A DNA stretch of 52,569 nt, from NCBI GenBank assembly GCA_021161185.1, contig JAGHBC010000083.1, forward strand, positions 1 to 52,569, given 5' to 3'. Both the position numbers and the translations under genes were made by a program. The stretch comes from Fidelibacterota bacterium (GTDB lineage Bacteria; Fidelibacterota; UBA2242). Each line of letters starts with the position of its first letter. Position 1 is the first letter of the stretch. Shown here in pieces: positions 1 to 9,781 of this stretch. Under the pieces are notes generated by a model that ran no database searches, was not told the DNA's origin, and saw only the letters and a list, made by a program, of their open reading frames with translations.

Positions 1-30
1 GAATGTACCAGGGATATTTGAAATTTGAAA

Positions 31-125
31 TCAGAACTCCCGGTTTATCACAGATTATGACATTTTATTTTACGAATTCATTGAAGTAAATCACTGTTTT
101 TTCAATATCAGGTCAGGAGTTCTGA
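31..125. repeat. MITE-like/hairpin repeat, short copy (10-bp terminal inverted repeat TCAGAACTCC...GGAGTTCTGA)
   Basis: Positions 95-125 (tgttttttcaatatcaggtcaggagttctga) are identical to 35124-35154. Positions 31-40 are the reverse complement of 116-125. Confidence 0.5.
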
Positions 126-163
126 ATCATGTTTATAGGCACAAACCATTAACGCTACATAAC

Positions 164-190
164 AAAAAGGGAGCAGCTGCCCCCTTTTTG
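164..190 (-). terminator. Rho-independent terminator hairpin (A-run / GC palindrome / T-run, works in both directions) after the FG-GAP gene
   Basis: aaaaaGGGAGCAGCTGCCCCCttttt lies about 20 nt past the stop codon at 209-211. The GC-rich stem is flanked by T-runs on either strand. Confidence 0.5.
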
Positions 191-208
191 TTTATTTACA
201 TGCCTCGT

Positions 209-1879
209 TTATTTAATAAACGTCATAGTCTTGGACCTCGTGATATCTTTGGTCCGCAATTGATAAATGTAGACGCCGGTAGCAACACCGTGCCCGTTTT
301 TATCTTTTCCGTTCCAGATAACCGAATGTTTTCCAGGCTGTAATTCATTATCAACCAGAGAGATTACTTCACGTCCTAGCATATCATAAATCACCAGTTG
401 AACATGTTTCGCTATCGGTATTTCGAATGCAATCGAAGTCGTTGGGTTGAATGGATTCGGGTAATTCTGATGCAAGATATAGCTAGCAGGCAAATTGAGT
501 TCCTTTTTCTCAAATTCGATTGCTGTTCCCGTCAGAACCGGATCCAGCACAATAATCGGAGAAGAGTGATCGGGGTTAAAGAGATCGCCACCATAAGAAG
601 CACTGGAAGCATAAAGCACTTCAAGCTCCGGGTCGTCATCAATATTGGCAATATTTATGACACTCCAAATACCACCTTCGGCTTCATAACCTTCATCTAT
701 TACCGAAAACTCATAACTGTCCGGAGAAGTGATGTCTCCGCCTTTGTAGGAAAAGAGAAAAATTCGGGCGTTTACATCACCGGCACGAGAACCGAATACA
801 AAATCCAGTTTACCGTCACAATCAATATCGCCATAAGCACTGCCCCAGAGTCCACGAGCTCCATCAGACCAGTATTCCGAGAGGTTTATCAACTCGGTGT
901 GAAGCAACGTGTCGCCTTGTTCCTGAAGCAGATAAATGCCCTTTTTGCTGTCATCTCCCCAGTCATAAACTCCAGCAACGATTTCCAGCACACCATCACC
1001 ATTCAGATCGACAGCCTGAGCCGACTGATTCGGAGAACCTCCCTCCATCGGGCTCAACTCCGTATACGTCCAGGATAATCCATCATAGGAAATCTTCGAT
1101 ATCTCAGCTTCACAAAAAGCGTAGACATTACTGCCAAGCACGGCAATATCCCATTTGTTCTCTATACCGGCTCCCAAACTAAATTCCGTGCCGCTCATTT
1201 CGAGTTCCCAGACTTCCGAGCCATCTCCGTTATCCGGTATATTATTAACAGAACAGACACCAAAATAGTATCCCCCGGATGCACCTTTCCTGTCAGCGAA
1301 AATAATCTCATCTGTGCCATCATTATCAATATCCACAATCTCCCAGTCCATGGGGCGCAGATTGACATTATCTTCATCAACAATCGTCCATTTAGCATTA
1401 GGATTGTACCCACCGGCGCCATCATCTACACCAAAAACATCGCCACCGGCATGTTCATACACTACGATACGGTAAGGATTTACTCCGTTGTTAATGATTG
1501 CCCAGGTCAATTCCTGTTTGCCGTCATTATCCAGATCGGTCAGAGCTAATTGGGGCCAGGTGTTCTGAGCCTCTACCGGCGCAACAGCGCTCCAGACAAC
1601 TTCCCAGTCAGTTCCACTATACTCTAATTTGTAAATACGCGGAGTTAATTCGCCGGGCGTGTCACCCCAGTTGTCATTAACGAGATAAATCTCGGTCTTG
1701 CCGTCACCATCAACATCAACTCCCGAAATCATATCGCCAATACCGCCATTGTTTAAATCCGCCTCCGGTACCGGAATCTCGGCTGAACGGGTGAAACCGT
1801 TGATAGCCAAGAGATTCATTGACGATAACAGAAGCAACGTAACTGCCATGAGAATAACTGTAGCATTGCTCTTTTTCAT
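209..1879 (-). CDS. Secreted FG-GAP/VCBS-repeat protein with T9SS C-terminal sorting domain
   Basis: Repeated Dx[DN]xDGxxE[IL] calcium-loop motifs (DVDGDGKTEI, DLDNDGKQEL, DIDNDGTDEI, DLNGDGVLEI, DIDCDGKLDF). C-terminus: NYPNPFNPTTSIAFEIP...VIYDMLGREV...WNGKDKNGHGVATGVYIYQL. Start moved to MKKSNATV (ATG at 1879), preceded by GGAGGA; a signal peptide follows. Confidence 0.8.
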   Translation of the reverse strand: MKKSNATVILMAVTLLLLSSMNLLAINGFTRSAEIPVPEADLNNGGIGDMISGVDVDGDGKTEIYLVNDNWGDTPGELTPRIYKLEYSGTDWEVVWSAVAPVEAQNTWPQLALTDLDNDGKQELTWAIINNGVNPYRIVVYEHAGGDVFGVDDGAGGYNPNAKWTIVDEDNVNLRPMDWEIVDIDNDGTDEIIFADRKGASGGYYFGVCSVNNIPDNGDGSEVWELEMSGTEFSLGAGIENKWDIAVLGSNVYAFCEAEISKISYDGLSWTYTELSPMEGGSPNQSAQAVDLNGDGVLEIVAGVYDWGDDSKKGIYLLQEQGDTLLHTELINLSEYWSDGARGLWGSAYGDIDCDGKLDFVFGSRAGDVNARIFLFSYKGGDITSPDSYEFSVIDEGYEAEGGIWSVINIANIDDDPELEVLYASSASYGGDLFNPDHSSPIIVLDPVLTGTAIEFEKKELNLPASYILHQNYPNPFNPTTSIAFEIPIAKHVQLVIYDMLGREVISLVDNELQPGKHSVIWNGKDKNGHGVATGVYIYQLRTKDITRSKTMTFIK

Positions 1880-1929
1880 AAGTCCTCCTTTTTTAGGTTT
1901 TAAAAACATTCTTATTTAGGGTTTACCAT

Positions 1930-2931
1930 TTAAAAATCTATGCCTAAAGAAAATCTGTGAATACTCTTTAGCGCACCCATATCGGCAAAGGAGTAGTCTG
2001 CGATAATCTTCAAATCACCGGTCAGGCTTAGACTGGTACCGCCCCCCAGACACAATCCGCCTTCATCGGCGCTGAATTTGTAACCGCCCCGTAGAAACAG
2101 CATGTCTTTTAGTCCATATTCAAGACCCATGTTATACTGTTCCAGATTATTGTTCGGGTGAATCATGTCCATCGCGGTTGTAAGCCGATGCATGTTTGTC
2201 TTCAACACATCAAAACTTATCCCAAACCGGAAATTAACCGGCAGTGAATACTTCTCGAAAGTTTTAGGCAACGGATCGGGCTGAGCATCATAGGATTTCG
2301 GATCGCTGTAATCAACGTAATCTCCACTGAAATTGATCTCAGGTCCAAAGTGTAAAATAGACATTGCAATATTCAGTCCGTGGAAACCGGTACGATACAT
2401 CGTTCCCATATCAATTGCCCATGTCGAATAAGAATAATCCCAATAGCCTTCATGGACCAATTTGGTCGTCAATCCAACAGAGACTTTGTCGGTAAGATAC
2501 CGCGCATAAGTCAGTCCCAGCGAGTAGTTGGAAATATTGAAATATTCGCCGGTGCCTTCCGGTCGTCCTATAGTAGTAATTTCCATATCATCGGTCATTA
2601 AATAGACGGAGCTGACCGCTATCGTGCCGAGATTTCCCAAATTCATAGCCATTGACAATCCGCCGATGGATATTCCCGCCGGCCAGGTATTATATGCCGA
2701 AAACAGGCTGCGCTTGCCGGCGTCGGCTAATCCGGCAGGGTTCCAGAATACCGCCCCGGCGTCATTTGCCAGTGCGGTAAACGCTTCTCCCATACCGGTC
2801 GCCCGGGCACCCAGACCGATCTCCATAAACTGAGCCACGGCGGTTCCAACTGGTGCAAATTCTTCGGCAGAAAGGCTCGTCAGAAAAAATAATGCTATAA
2901 CTATTAATGTAATATTGAGTTTTTTTAGCAT
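1930..2931 (-). CDS. PorV/PorQ-family outer-membrane beta-barrel protein (T9SS-associated)
   Basis: Signal peptide, then FMEIGLGARATGMGEAFTALANDAGAVFWNPAGLAD, the N-terminal signature I recognise from PorV/PorQ-family proteins. The rest has alternating beta-strand character and a C-terminal aromatic residue (GIDF). Confidence 0.7.
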   Translation of the reverse strand: MLKKLNITLIVIALFFLTSLSAEEFAPVGTAVAQFMEIGLGARATGMGEAFTALANDAGAVFWNPAGLADAGKRSLFSAYNTWPAGISIGGLSMAMNLGNLGTIAVSSVYLMTDDMEITTIGRPEGTGEYFNISNYSLGLTYARYLTDKVSVGLTTKLVHEGYWDYSYSTWAIDMGTMYRTGFHGLNIAMSILHFGPEINFSGDYVDYSDPKSYDAQPDPLPKTFEKYSLPVNFRFGISFDVLKTNMHRLTTAMDMIHPNNNLEQYNMGLEYGLKDMLFLRGGYKFSADEGGLCLGGGTSLSLTGDLKIIADYSFADMGALKSIHRFSLGIDF

Positions 2932-2958
2932 ATCTGTCTCTTCCCTTTGCTTAAATAT

Positions 2959-4968
2959 TTATCGAACAATAACAAATTTCCCGACTTTCTCTCCAAGAGA
3001 AGGAGAGTTCACCACATACATGTATATTCCCGGCGCGGCTTCCTGATTGTTGCGGGTCATTAAATCCCACTCGGCAACACTGGGACAGGACACATCGATC
3101 GGCTCACCCACAACAACCGATTTATTGGCTTGAATCTCGGTAACATAATCACCATCCAGGGTAAATATCTTGATCTTTGCATCGCTAGGCAAATTGGTAA
3201 ACTGAATCCGGTGCTCCCACGCAAAATTGTCACTCGGGGCTGGATTATTCCAGGCGGCGCTGCCGATATAGGGGTTCGGAACGACTTTAACACGATCAAG
3301 TGTCGCGGTTGCTTCCGGGTTAGCGGGAGAAATTACCCGGTAACTCTTGGGGTCTCCTATCTGGGTCCAGGTTTGGCCCAAAGGAATCGGATCGCTGATA
3401 TCTTCAGTATAAGCTTGAACAGAGTAGTGATAAACAAATCCGCTGAGGATATCCCGATCAATATATTCGTATGTTCCAGACGTACTGCCTGACGGCGGTG
3501 GCCAGGAAACGCTACCGGCTGTATCAATATACATTGCCAACGTCTGCCAGCCGATGGAACCATCAGCTTTTTTTATACCTTTTGACAATTTATAAAACTG
3601 AAAATATGCGTGGGTTTCGGCAAGGTTGTCCCAGGTAATCTTAACTCCGGTAGTTACATTATTCTCAATATATTCAGCCACCTCAACAACAGGGGCCGGC
3701 GGCGGCTCGGCTTCCAGAGCAAAATCATTGTCTGCCATAAACTGAGCGACCTCCATGATCTGCATCAATTTCAACAGACTATAGATGCCGCCGCTGTCGG
3801 GATCGGAACCCACACCTAATGCAGCCGTGACGATCACCGAATCGCCCGCGGCTAATTTTTCCAGCGGCCCGAAAGTTAAAATTCCCCGATAGTCAAGCGG
3901 GTGGGGTAAACCCGTACTTGGATTCAAGAGCATATCTTCAAACTCCGGCACCCCCACCATTCTGTCCCAGGTCTCCTGATCGTTAGCCGGGTCATTATAA
4001 ATGTGACATACATGAAAGGAACTCGGTTTTAGATAGGGTTTGGTCTTTAGAATTTTAAACCCCAGCCAGCCCGGCGTCTGTAACTTACCGTCTACCCCGG
4101 GATTGCCAAAATCATCTTCTTCGCCACTATCGGCTGGATAATTAGGATTATCACCATCAAACATCATAACCATTGTACTATCTGCCTGATCTAAAGTCAG
4201 ACCGTGATCATAGCCAGCCAACTGGGGAAAATATTCTAGCCAGTCCCAGGGACGCCCGTTTGCCATAGCGTGATCATCTTGATTGGAAAAGCGATATTCA
4301 GCAGCCCAGGTAGGCAATTTGGAGACATCGCCGTCCAGGCGTAATGTAAAATAAAAATCATCAAGATCGCGAGGGGTATCGGGATAGCCGTCACCGTTAG
4401 TGTCTATACCGACATTTTTAATGCTGAATTCATAGATGATAAAATCCCCGGCATAACTGGCGCTCCAAGCGTAAGTTTTTTCGGTAATTTCCAGACCTAA
4501 CGGGAAGTGTCCGCTCGCCTGTGGCGCCATGACATCATAATATTTCGTCCAGGTGTCCTCGTCTGAAATTGCCTTGTCACCGGTAATTATATGAACCGAA
4601 TCTATCGGTGAATATTCATCGTCTTCCGGCTTGGTACAGTGATACACACCATCCACAAAAGCCGACAGCCACACAGACCCGCGGTACAGATAGGAATTAC
4701 CCGATCCACCGGGATAGTCACAGGAGGGTGTGCGATCCTGATAAGCATCATCGCCCATTTTGCCTGTATTTAAAACCCGCTGCCATAGGGCACCGATTTT
4801 ATGAAATTTCCAGTTATTAGGAACAATGGGACCGGTCGCCATCCCACTGTCTTTAGAGAGTTTTGTTCTGCTTGAGGACAAATCGGCACCCAAAACGGTT
4901 GCCGCAACAGACAACCCGATAGTAGCGGCGATCATAAGAAATTGCATATTATTTTTTAACGAACTCAT
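2959..4968 (-). CDS. Secreted hypothetical protein (669 aa) with T9SS-CTD-like C-terminal beta-sandwich
   Basis: N-terminal signal peptide. C-terminus: VKVVPNPYIGS...IQFTNLPSDAKIKIFTLDGDYV...EWDLMTRNNQEAAPGIYMYVV...GKFVIVR, which resembles T9SS sorting domains. The body is not recognised. Confidence 0.6.
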   Translation of the reverse strand: MSSLKNNMQFLMIAATIGLSVAATVLGADLSSSRTKLSKDSGMATGPIVPNNWKFHKIGALWQRVLNTGKMGDDAYQDRTPSCDYPGGSGNSYLYRGSVWLSAFVDGVYHCTKPEDDEYSPIDSVHIITGDKAISDEDTWTKYYDVMAPQASGHFPLGLEITEKTYAWSASYAGDFIIYEFSIKNVGIDTNGDGYPDTPRDLDDFYFTLRLDGDVSKLPTWAAEYRFSNQDDHAMANGRPWDWLEYFPQLAGYDHGLTLDQADSTMVMMFDGDNPNYPADSGEEDDFGNPGVDGKLQTPGWLGFKILKTKPYLKPSSFHVCHIYNDPANDQETWDRMVGVPEFEDMLLNPSTGLPHPLDYRGILTFGPLEKLAAGDSVIVTAALGVGSDPDSGGIYSLLKLMQIMEVAQFMADNDFALEAEPPPAPVVEVAEYIENNVTTGVKITWDNLAETHAYFQFYKLSKGIKKADGSIGWQTLAMYIDTAGSVSWPPPSGSTSGTYEYIDRDILSGFVYHYSVQAYTEDISDPIPLGQTWTQIGDPKSYRVISPANPEATATLDRVKVVPNPYIGSAAWNNPAPSDNFAWEHRIQFTNLPSDAKIKIFTLDGDYVTEIQANKSVVVGEPIDVSCPSVAEWDLMTRNNQEAAPGIYMYVVNSPSLGEKVGKFVIVR

Positions 4969-5004
4969 TCATATCCTCCAATTGAAAATCACTTGCACCA
5001 TCGA

Positions 5005-7863
5005 TTAGAATTCCACGGCAATACCAAAGCGAAGCTGGCGTTTGTTACTATACACCTCAGGATTACGGATAAATTCTCCGGTAATACCATCGCGCCGCAC
5101 CACAGCGGGATCGCCTTTTACTGTTTCGTCTTCCTCATCACCAATTTCGTACCACTGGGCGCTTCCGATCCAGTCCACATTTTCGCGATTGAAAAGGTTA
5201 AAAATATCCATGAACAGGTCCATTTTAATCTTTAGAAAATTTACTCGTTTGCTAATACGCAAATCTGTGTTGCTGGTCCATGGCATTCGCTTATCATTTA
5301 CCTTACCACTGCCATAAGAGGTATACGGCAAGCCGCTGCCGTAGCCAAACTGAATATTAGCTCTCCAGTTATTCAACCCTTTGATAAAATCAGCAGGTGT
5401 GCGCATGGTAATATTGGCATTCACCGTATGGGTCTGATCGAAACTCATAATGTTCAGCCGCCGCTCACTGGTAAATGCTCCGGATCCGCTTCCGGACGAT
5501 GAGCTCCGGCCCTTTGCAATTGAAAAAGTATAATTAACTGAGCCACCCCAGAACTTTCCAACCCGCTTGGTCAAGGTAAATTCAAGTCCTTTCATATTGC
5601 CGTAATCGGCATTGACAAAAACCCTGACCTCCTTATTATTGGCGCTCCGTAATACAAATTTTTGATTGTTCATCAAGTTCGTTACATCTTTATAATAACC
5701 ATTAATACTGAATTTGATGTTATCGGCAAACAAGTGTTCAAGTCCGACTTCATAAGCGACGGTTTTTTCGGGAGACAGGTTGGGATTGCCGACACTGTTC
5801 CCGGTTTTGGTTAACGACTGGAAACTCAGATTACGATACAGATAATATGCGTCGGGACGCTGAAAATAATGCCCGTAGGAAAACCGGATGATATCCCGCT
5901 CGGTTATCGGATGAGAAACCGCGAGTCGCGGACTGACCTGGCTTTTGTTAGTTGCTTTTTGGGGATTTGTGAAAATCGCCGCATCATTAGTGGTGTCAAC
6001 TGTTGTAAAGGGATAGTTGTAATCTTCAGGATAATATACCGCATCGCCAAACCCGTTGGGGACAAAATAATCATACCGGAGTCCAACCAGGGCAATAATA
6101 CCTTCAAAATCCATCTTATCCTGAATATACATACCAAAATCAATCATATCCTCTTTCCAGATATCCTTACGATTGATTCCCACACCCAGCGTCCAACTGA
6201 TATTCTCGACAGCCATTTCATGATAGTTGAATTCCGCACCGCTCTTGATCAGATGATTACTGTTTACCTGGCTGACCAGGTCGCCTTTCAAGGTCTTTGT
6301 CCAGGAAGACTGATCCCGGTATCCCGGATCGTCACCTCTGACCCACCAGTATGTATTTTCATCGCGTTCTCTGTAAACCGGGTGCGGACCAGCGCGTTCG
6401 ATATCCCACACCAGGTCCTCATCACGGTCGCCATCTCCATCCCGGTCCTCAATATCAGGCGTTGCATAATGATAATTGGTGTAGAACTGTTGATACCGTA
6501 CTTCATAATAGGTTCTCGGTGTCAGCGTATGAGTCCAGAGCAGATAGACGTTACTGCTTTTCTGTTTTCGGTTCCAGAGATAATCCTGCATGGGCCCCAC
6601 ATAAAATGTCACTACCGAATCGCCAATGAGGGAGTCGCCCCCAAAAACAAAAGTCGCCGGATCATCGTATTTCATCCCGACGCCCTGTTCGTACCGATCC
6701 GGTCTGTCAACATATATGTAATGGTATATTGTTGAGCTGCCCGTGGTTTCATAGCGACCGTAATCATTTACCCTATAGTCGTCACCGGGCCCGTACTTGG
6801 ATGCCGGAAAATAAAAACTGTCCCATTCTCTGTCTGAATACAAACCGCCCATAGATATTTTAGTTTTTTGACTCAAGCGGGCAGTTAGTTTTCCTTGGTA
6901 AGACTGTTTATAAAGATTATCATTGATAAAATAACCTTGTGTACGATCGGTAATTTCGCCGGAAAAGGAAAAATTGATTAATCCGGTTTTGTTAAACAGT
7001 GTTTTGGAAATCGGCTCCGGTCCGCTCAAACTGAATTGATAGATATTTTCCAGTTTGTGTTGGTACTTTGTATTAAACCATTTGTCTCTTTCGCCCATTA
7101 ACAGATCATTCAGTCCGGAACCAAAATTGGTGGACAGCACCCGAATTCTTCCGGCATATTTTTGCCCACCTTCCTTCATAGCCAGATTTAATACTCCCGA
7201 TTGTACATTACCGTACTCTGCACTGAATCCTCCCAGGGTCACCTCCATTTCCTGAATACCGGATTCAGGTATATCGGCTGTAAATCCCCCGAGTTGTCCG
7301 GAATATTCACCGGCAGGATCTCTGACCGGAAGTCCATCAATCAGCACTAATACTTCTCCGCTTCGTCCACCCCTGAAATGGCTGCCAACAACACCGGCTT
7401 GATTTCTGGCGATATCCTGAAAATTGTCGATCGGTTGTAAGTCTATATCCTCGGCACTGACTGTTGTTCTGGATGTAAACTCATCCCTCCTTAAAAGAGG
7501 CCGTTCAGCGACAACGACAACCGATTCCGATGCTTCCAGCACTTCAGATCTAAGCTTGAAGTTCAGCTTTGTACTTAAGTCAATTGACACGCGCACTTTG
7601 GTTATTGTGACATCCTGAAAACCGATCATTGAGGCTTTAACAGAATATTCACCTGGCGGAACGTTCAGTATGACGTAATAGCCGTTTTCATTGCTGGCGG
7701 CGCCGTTACTGGTTCCCTGAATGACAACATTTACGCCAACCAAAGCCTGACCTGTTTGACTATCCGTTATAAATCCTTCGATTTTCCCGGTAACACCCGC
7801 AAAAACCAAAGAATTAAGACCCAAAAGGAGCAACAACAATAAAAGTGATCTTCGCATCAACAC
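5005..7863 (-). CDS. TonB-dependent receptor with N-terminal carboxypeptidase-regulatory-like domain
   Basis: Signal peptide. GKIEGFITDSQTGQALVGVNVVIQGTSNGAASNENGYYVILNVPPGEYSVKASMIGFQ matches CarboxypepD_reg. The plug region has GGRSGEVLVLIDGLPVRDP. Long barrel ending in ...RFGIAVEF (terminal Phe). Confidence 0.85.
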   Translation of the reverse strand: MLMRRSLLLLLLLLGLNSLVFAGVTGKIEGFITDSQTGQALVGVNVVIQGTSNGAASNENGYYVILNVPPGEYSVKASMIGFQDVTITKVRVSIDLSTKLNFKLRSEVLEASESVVVVAERPLLRRDEFTSRTTVSAEDIDLQPIDNFQDIARNQAGVVGSHFRGGRSGEVLVLIDGLPVRDPAGEYSGQLGGFTADIPESGIQEMEVTLGGFSAEYGNVQSGVLNLAMKEGGQKYAGRIRVLSTNFGSGLNDLLMGERDKWFNTKYQHKLENIYQFSLSGPEPISKTLFNKTGLINFSFSGEITDRTQGYFINDNLYKQSYQGKLTARLSQKTKISMGGLYSDREWDSFYFPASKYGPGDDYRVNDYGRYETTGSSTIYHYIYVDRPDRYEQGVGMKYDDPATFVFGGDSLIGDSVVTFYVGPMQDYLWNRKQKSSNVYLLWTHTLTPRTYYEVRYQQFYTNYHYATPDIEDRDGDGDRDEDLVWDIERAGPHPVYRERDENTYWWVRGDDPGYRDQSSWTKTLKGDLVSQVNSNHLIKSGAEFNYHEMAVENISWTLGVGINRKDIWKEDMIDFGMYIQDKMDFEGIIALVGLRYDYFVPNGFGDAVYYPEDYNYPFTTVDTTNDAAIFTNPQKATNKSQVSPRLAVSHPITERDIIRFSYGHYFQRPDAYYLYRNLSFQSLTKTGNSVGNPNLSPEKTVAYEVGLEHLFADNIKFSINGYYKDVTNLMNNQKFVLRSANNKEVRVFVNADYGNMKGLEFTLTKRVGKFWGGSVNYTFSIAKGRSSSSGSGSGAFTSERRLNIMSFDQTHTVNANITMRTPADFIKGLNNWRANIQFGYGSGLPYTSYGSGKVNDKRMPWTSNTDLRISKRVNFLKIKMDLFMDIFNLFNRENVDWIGSAQWYEIGDEEDETVKGDPAVVRRDGITGEFIRNPEVYSNKRQLRFGIAVEF

Positions 7864-8188
7864 CCTCCCCTAAAAAATGGAAATTCAAAAATCTCAAACA
7901 AAATCAGTTAAAATATTAGCACTGCTCTAATGACAACAATCCGCTTGTATTTTATTTGTTAACCATGTCTTTAATTTAGCTAATTGAATTTTGAAATCAA
8001 CAAGTTTTTTAAATAAAATGTAAAGATTACTAACTAACTACCATTTAGCGACGGGTACCCAAACACTACCGAAGGTAATTTCAGGCTTTCCTCTTCTCAT
8101 TGGATTATATCTCAAAAATCACATCCGGCGCTCTGTAACGCCGATAAAATTACATTATCTAAGAGAACAGAAAAAAAGAAGTTGTGCA

Positions 8189-8833
8189 ATGTTTTTAAAA
8201 GATGGAGATCAAAAATTTGTGATAGACTGGCTTTCCGCAATGACTCAAAAGGTGAAGATCATTCATTTCACCCAGAGCATCGAATGCAATTACTGCCGGG
8301 AAGCCAGACAGTTGATGGAAGAACTCGTTTTAATGTCCGATAAGCTGTCGCTGGAAATCTATAATTTTCAGATTGACAAAGAGGAAGTTGTCAAGTATAA
8401 AATTGACAAAATCCCGGCTACAATCCTGGTCGCCGAGAACGGATCAAATCCGGGTGTTCGCTTTTTTGGAATTCCTTCAGGCTACGAATTTATGAGCATC
8501 ATTGAGGACATCGTCGATATTTCCAATAATAACCACGGTTTTTCCGAAGATGTTCTTGCCGAATTTCAAAAAATCAGCCACCCGGTTCACATCAAAGTAT
8601 TTGTCACCCCAACCTGTCCCTATTGCCCGGCGGCTGTCCGTACCGCCCATCGACTCGCGCTTGCGAATGAGAACATTACCGGCGATATGATAGAAGCCAC
8701 CGAATTTCCATATCTGGCTCAAAAATATCGTGTTCACGGCGTTCCTAAATCCATAATTAATGGAACCGCCTCTCTCGAGGGAGCGGTTCCCGAACAAATG
8801 TTTCTCGATAAAATCAATGAACTTATGCCATAA
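8189..8833 (+). CDS. Glutaredoxin-like protein disulfide oxidoreductase (two thioredoxin folds, PDO-like)
   Basis: Two CxxC sites (CNYC and CPYC) in tandem thioredoxin-like halves. FVTPTCPYCPAAVRTAHRLA...HGVPKSIING is typical of the PDO / glutaredoxin-like domain family. Confidence 0.75.
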   Translation: MFLKDGDQKFVIDWLSAMTQKVKIIHFTQSIECNYCREARQLMEELVLMSDKLSLEIYNFQIDKEEVVKYKIDKIPATILVAENGSNPGVRFFGIPSGYEFMSIIEDIVDISNNNHGFSEDVLAEFQKISHPVHIKVFVTPTCPYCPAAVRTAHRLALANENITGDMIEATEFPYLAQKYRVHGVPKSIINGTASLEGAVPEQMFLDKINELMP

Positions 8834-8908
8834 ACGCTCACCGCTTTTTTACAATCGAGACAAATTCAATGATGGTTATTAGCCTCCGATTTGCTAAATT
8901 AGAGCACT

Positions 8909-9505
8909 TTGGAAACGAAAACGCAACTGACCGAAGAAGAACTTGTAGCCAGAGCCCAAAAGGGTGACCGCCAGGCTATGTCCCGGCTGGTAATTGACTA
9001 TCGCAGCCGGATTTATCACCTGGGTCTGCGCTTAACCGGAAACGAACAGGACGCTGAGGATATACTCCAGGAAACGTTTCTAACTATGGTCAAAAAAATA
9101 CATCAGTTTAAAGGCAACTCTTCCTTTTATACCTGGATATACCGCATTGCTGTGAATATCGGCTTACGGAAGCTGAAATCCAAACCCCACAAGTACCAGC
9201 ATATATCCATTGACGATCCCGACTTCGAATATATCAGTTCCACCGAAACCGCCGAATGGCCGACCTTTGATTATAGCCGGGTCAGTCAAAAACACTTCCG
9301 CAAAAAACTCGATCAGCTAATCGAAAAGCTGCCGGATAAATACCGCACCGTATTCATACTTCGCGATCTTCACGAACTCTCAACTGAAGACACCGGCAAA
9401 ATTCTCCAAATCACGCCATCAAACACTAAAATTCGTCTCATGCGCGCCCGAAACTTTCTAAAGGAAGAACTCGAAAAATTAGTGAATACAGAAGCTTTGA
9501 TATGA
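8909..9505 (+). CDS. ECF-type RNA polymerase sigma-70 factor
   Basis: Region 2 (DAEDILQETFLTMVKKIHQFKG...FYTWIYRIAVN) and region 4 (YRTVFILRDLHELSTEDTGKILQITPSNTKIRLMRAR). TTG start as given in the ORF track. Confidence 0.85.
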   Translation: METKTQLTEEELVARAQKGDRQAMSRLVIDYRSRIYHLGLRLTGNEQDAEDILQETFLTMVKKIHQFKGNSSFYTWIYRIAVNIGLRKLKSKPHKYQHISIDDPDFEYISSTETAEWPTFDYSRVSQKHFRKKLDQLIEKLPDKYRTVFILRDLHELSTEDTGKILQITPSNTKIRLMRARNFLKEELEKLVNTEALI

Positions 9506-9762
9506 AAAACAGCAGCAAATTACATAAACAGATTTGTGAATACCTTGGCTGCGATCTTGATTCCGAGCCATGTAAGCAGATTCAGGATTACCTGACAGAA
9601 TGCCCCGGGTACAAGGTGTATGTTGATAAAATCAAGAAAACCGTCAGCTTGTACAAAATCGCCGACAAATACGACGACATTCCCGAAGACGTCTGTAATA
9701 AACTGTTCGTTTCCCTGAATATTGACAATATGAGCAGGTCGGGAAAAGAGTCCGGCAAATAA
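9502..9762 (+). CDS. Small soluble putative anti-sigma factor (zf-HC2-like, non-canonical ligands)
   Basis: 4-nt ATGA overlap with the sigma gene. 86 aa with no TM segment. Contains H8, C12, C17, C24 and C34. The Y30-x3-C34-x2-Y37 segment sits where HxxxCxxC would be. Confidence 0.55.
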   Translation: MKNSSKLHKQICEYLGCDLDSEPCKQIQDYLTECPGYKVYVDKIKKTVSLYKIADKYDDIPEDVCNKLFVSLNIDNMSRSGKESGK

Positions 9763-9781
9763 CTGTTATGTTTCACCCTCT

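Noticed and set aside
17-32. Considered whether the repeated atttgaaatttgaaat and other repeats could be CRISPR repeats.
   Set aside because: There are only three widely separated copies (0, 33.3 and 35.2 kb), with no regular repeat-spacer periodicity and no cas genes in the window.
5869-6735. 288-aa plus-strand ORF, together with similar long antisense ORFs at 398-1078, 20978-21505, 35222-35821, 43493-44017 and 51580-52017.
   Set aside because: Each lies entirely antisense to a gene with clear family motifs (TonB receptor, FG-GAP protein, rho, transglutaminase, CorC, GGDEF). Their translations are low-complexity or Arg/Ser/Ile-rich with no motifs. They are typical shadow ORFs.
7864-8188. 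Looked for a cobalamin or other riboswitch, or a structured leader, upstream of the TonB-dependent receptor.
   Set aside because: No B12-box-like GCCACTG, no conserved riboswitch cores, and only a trivial 4-bp hairpin. The region is AT-rich, consistent with divergent promoters.
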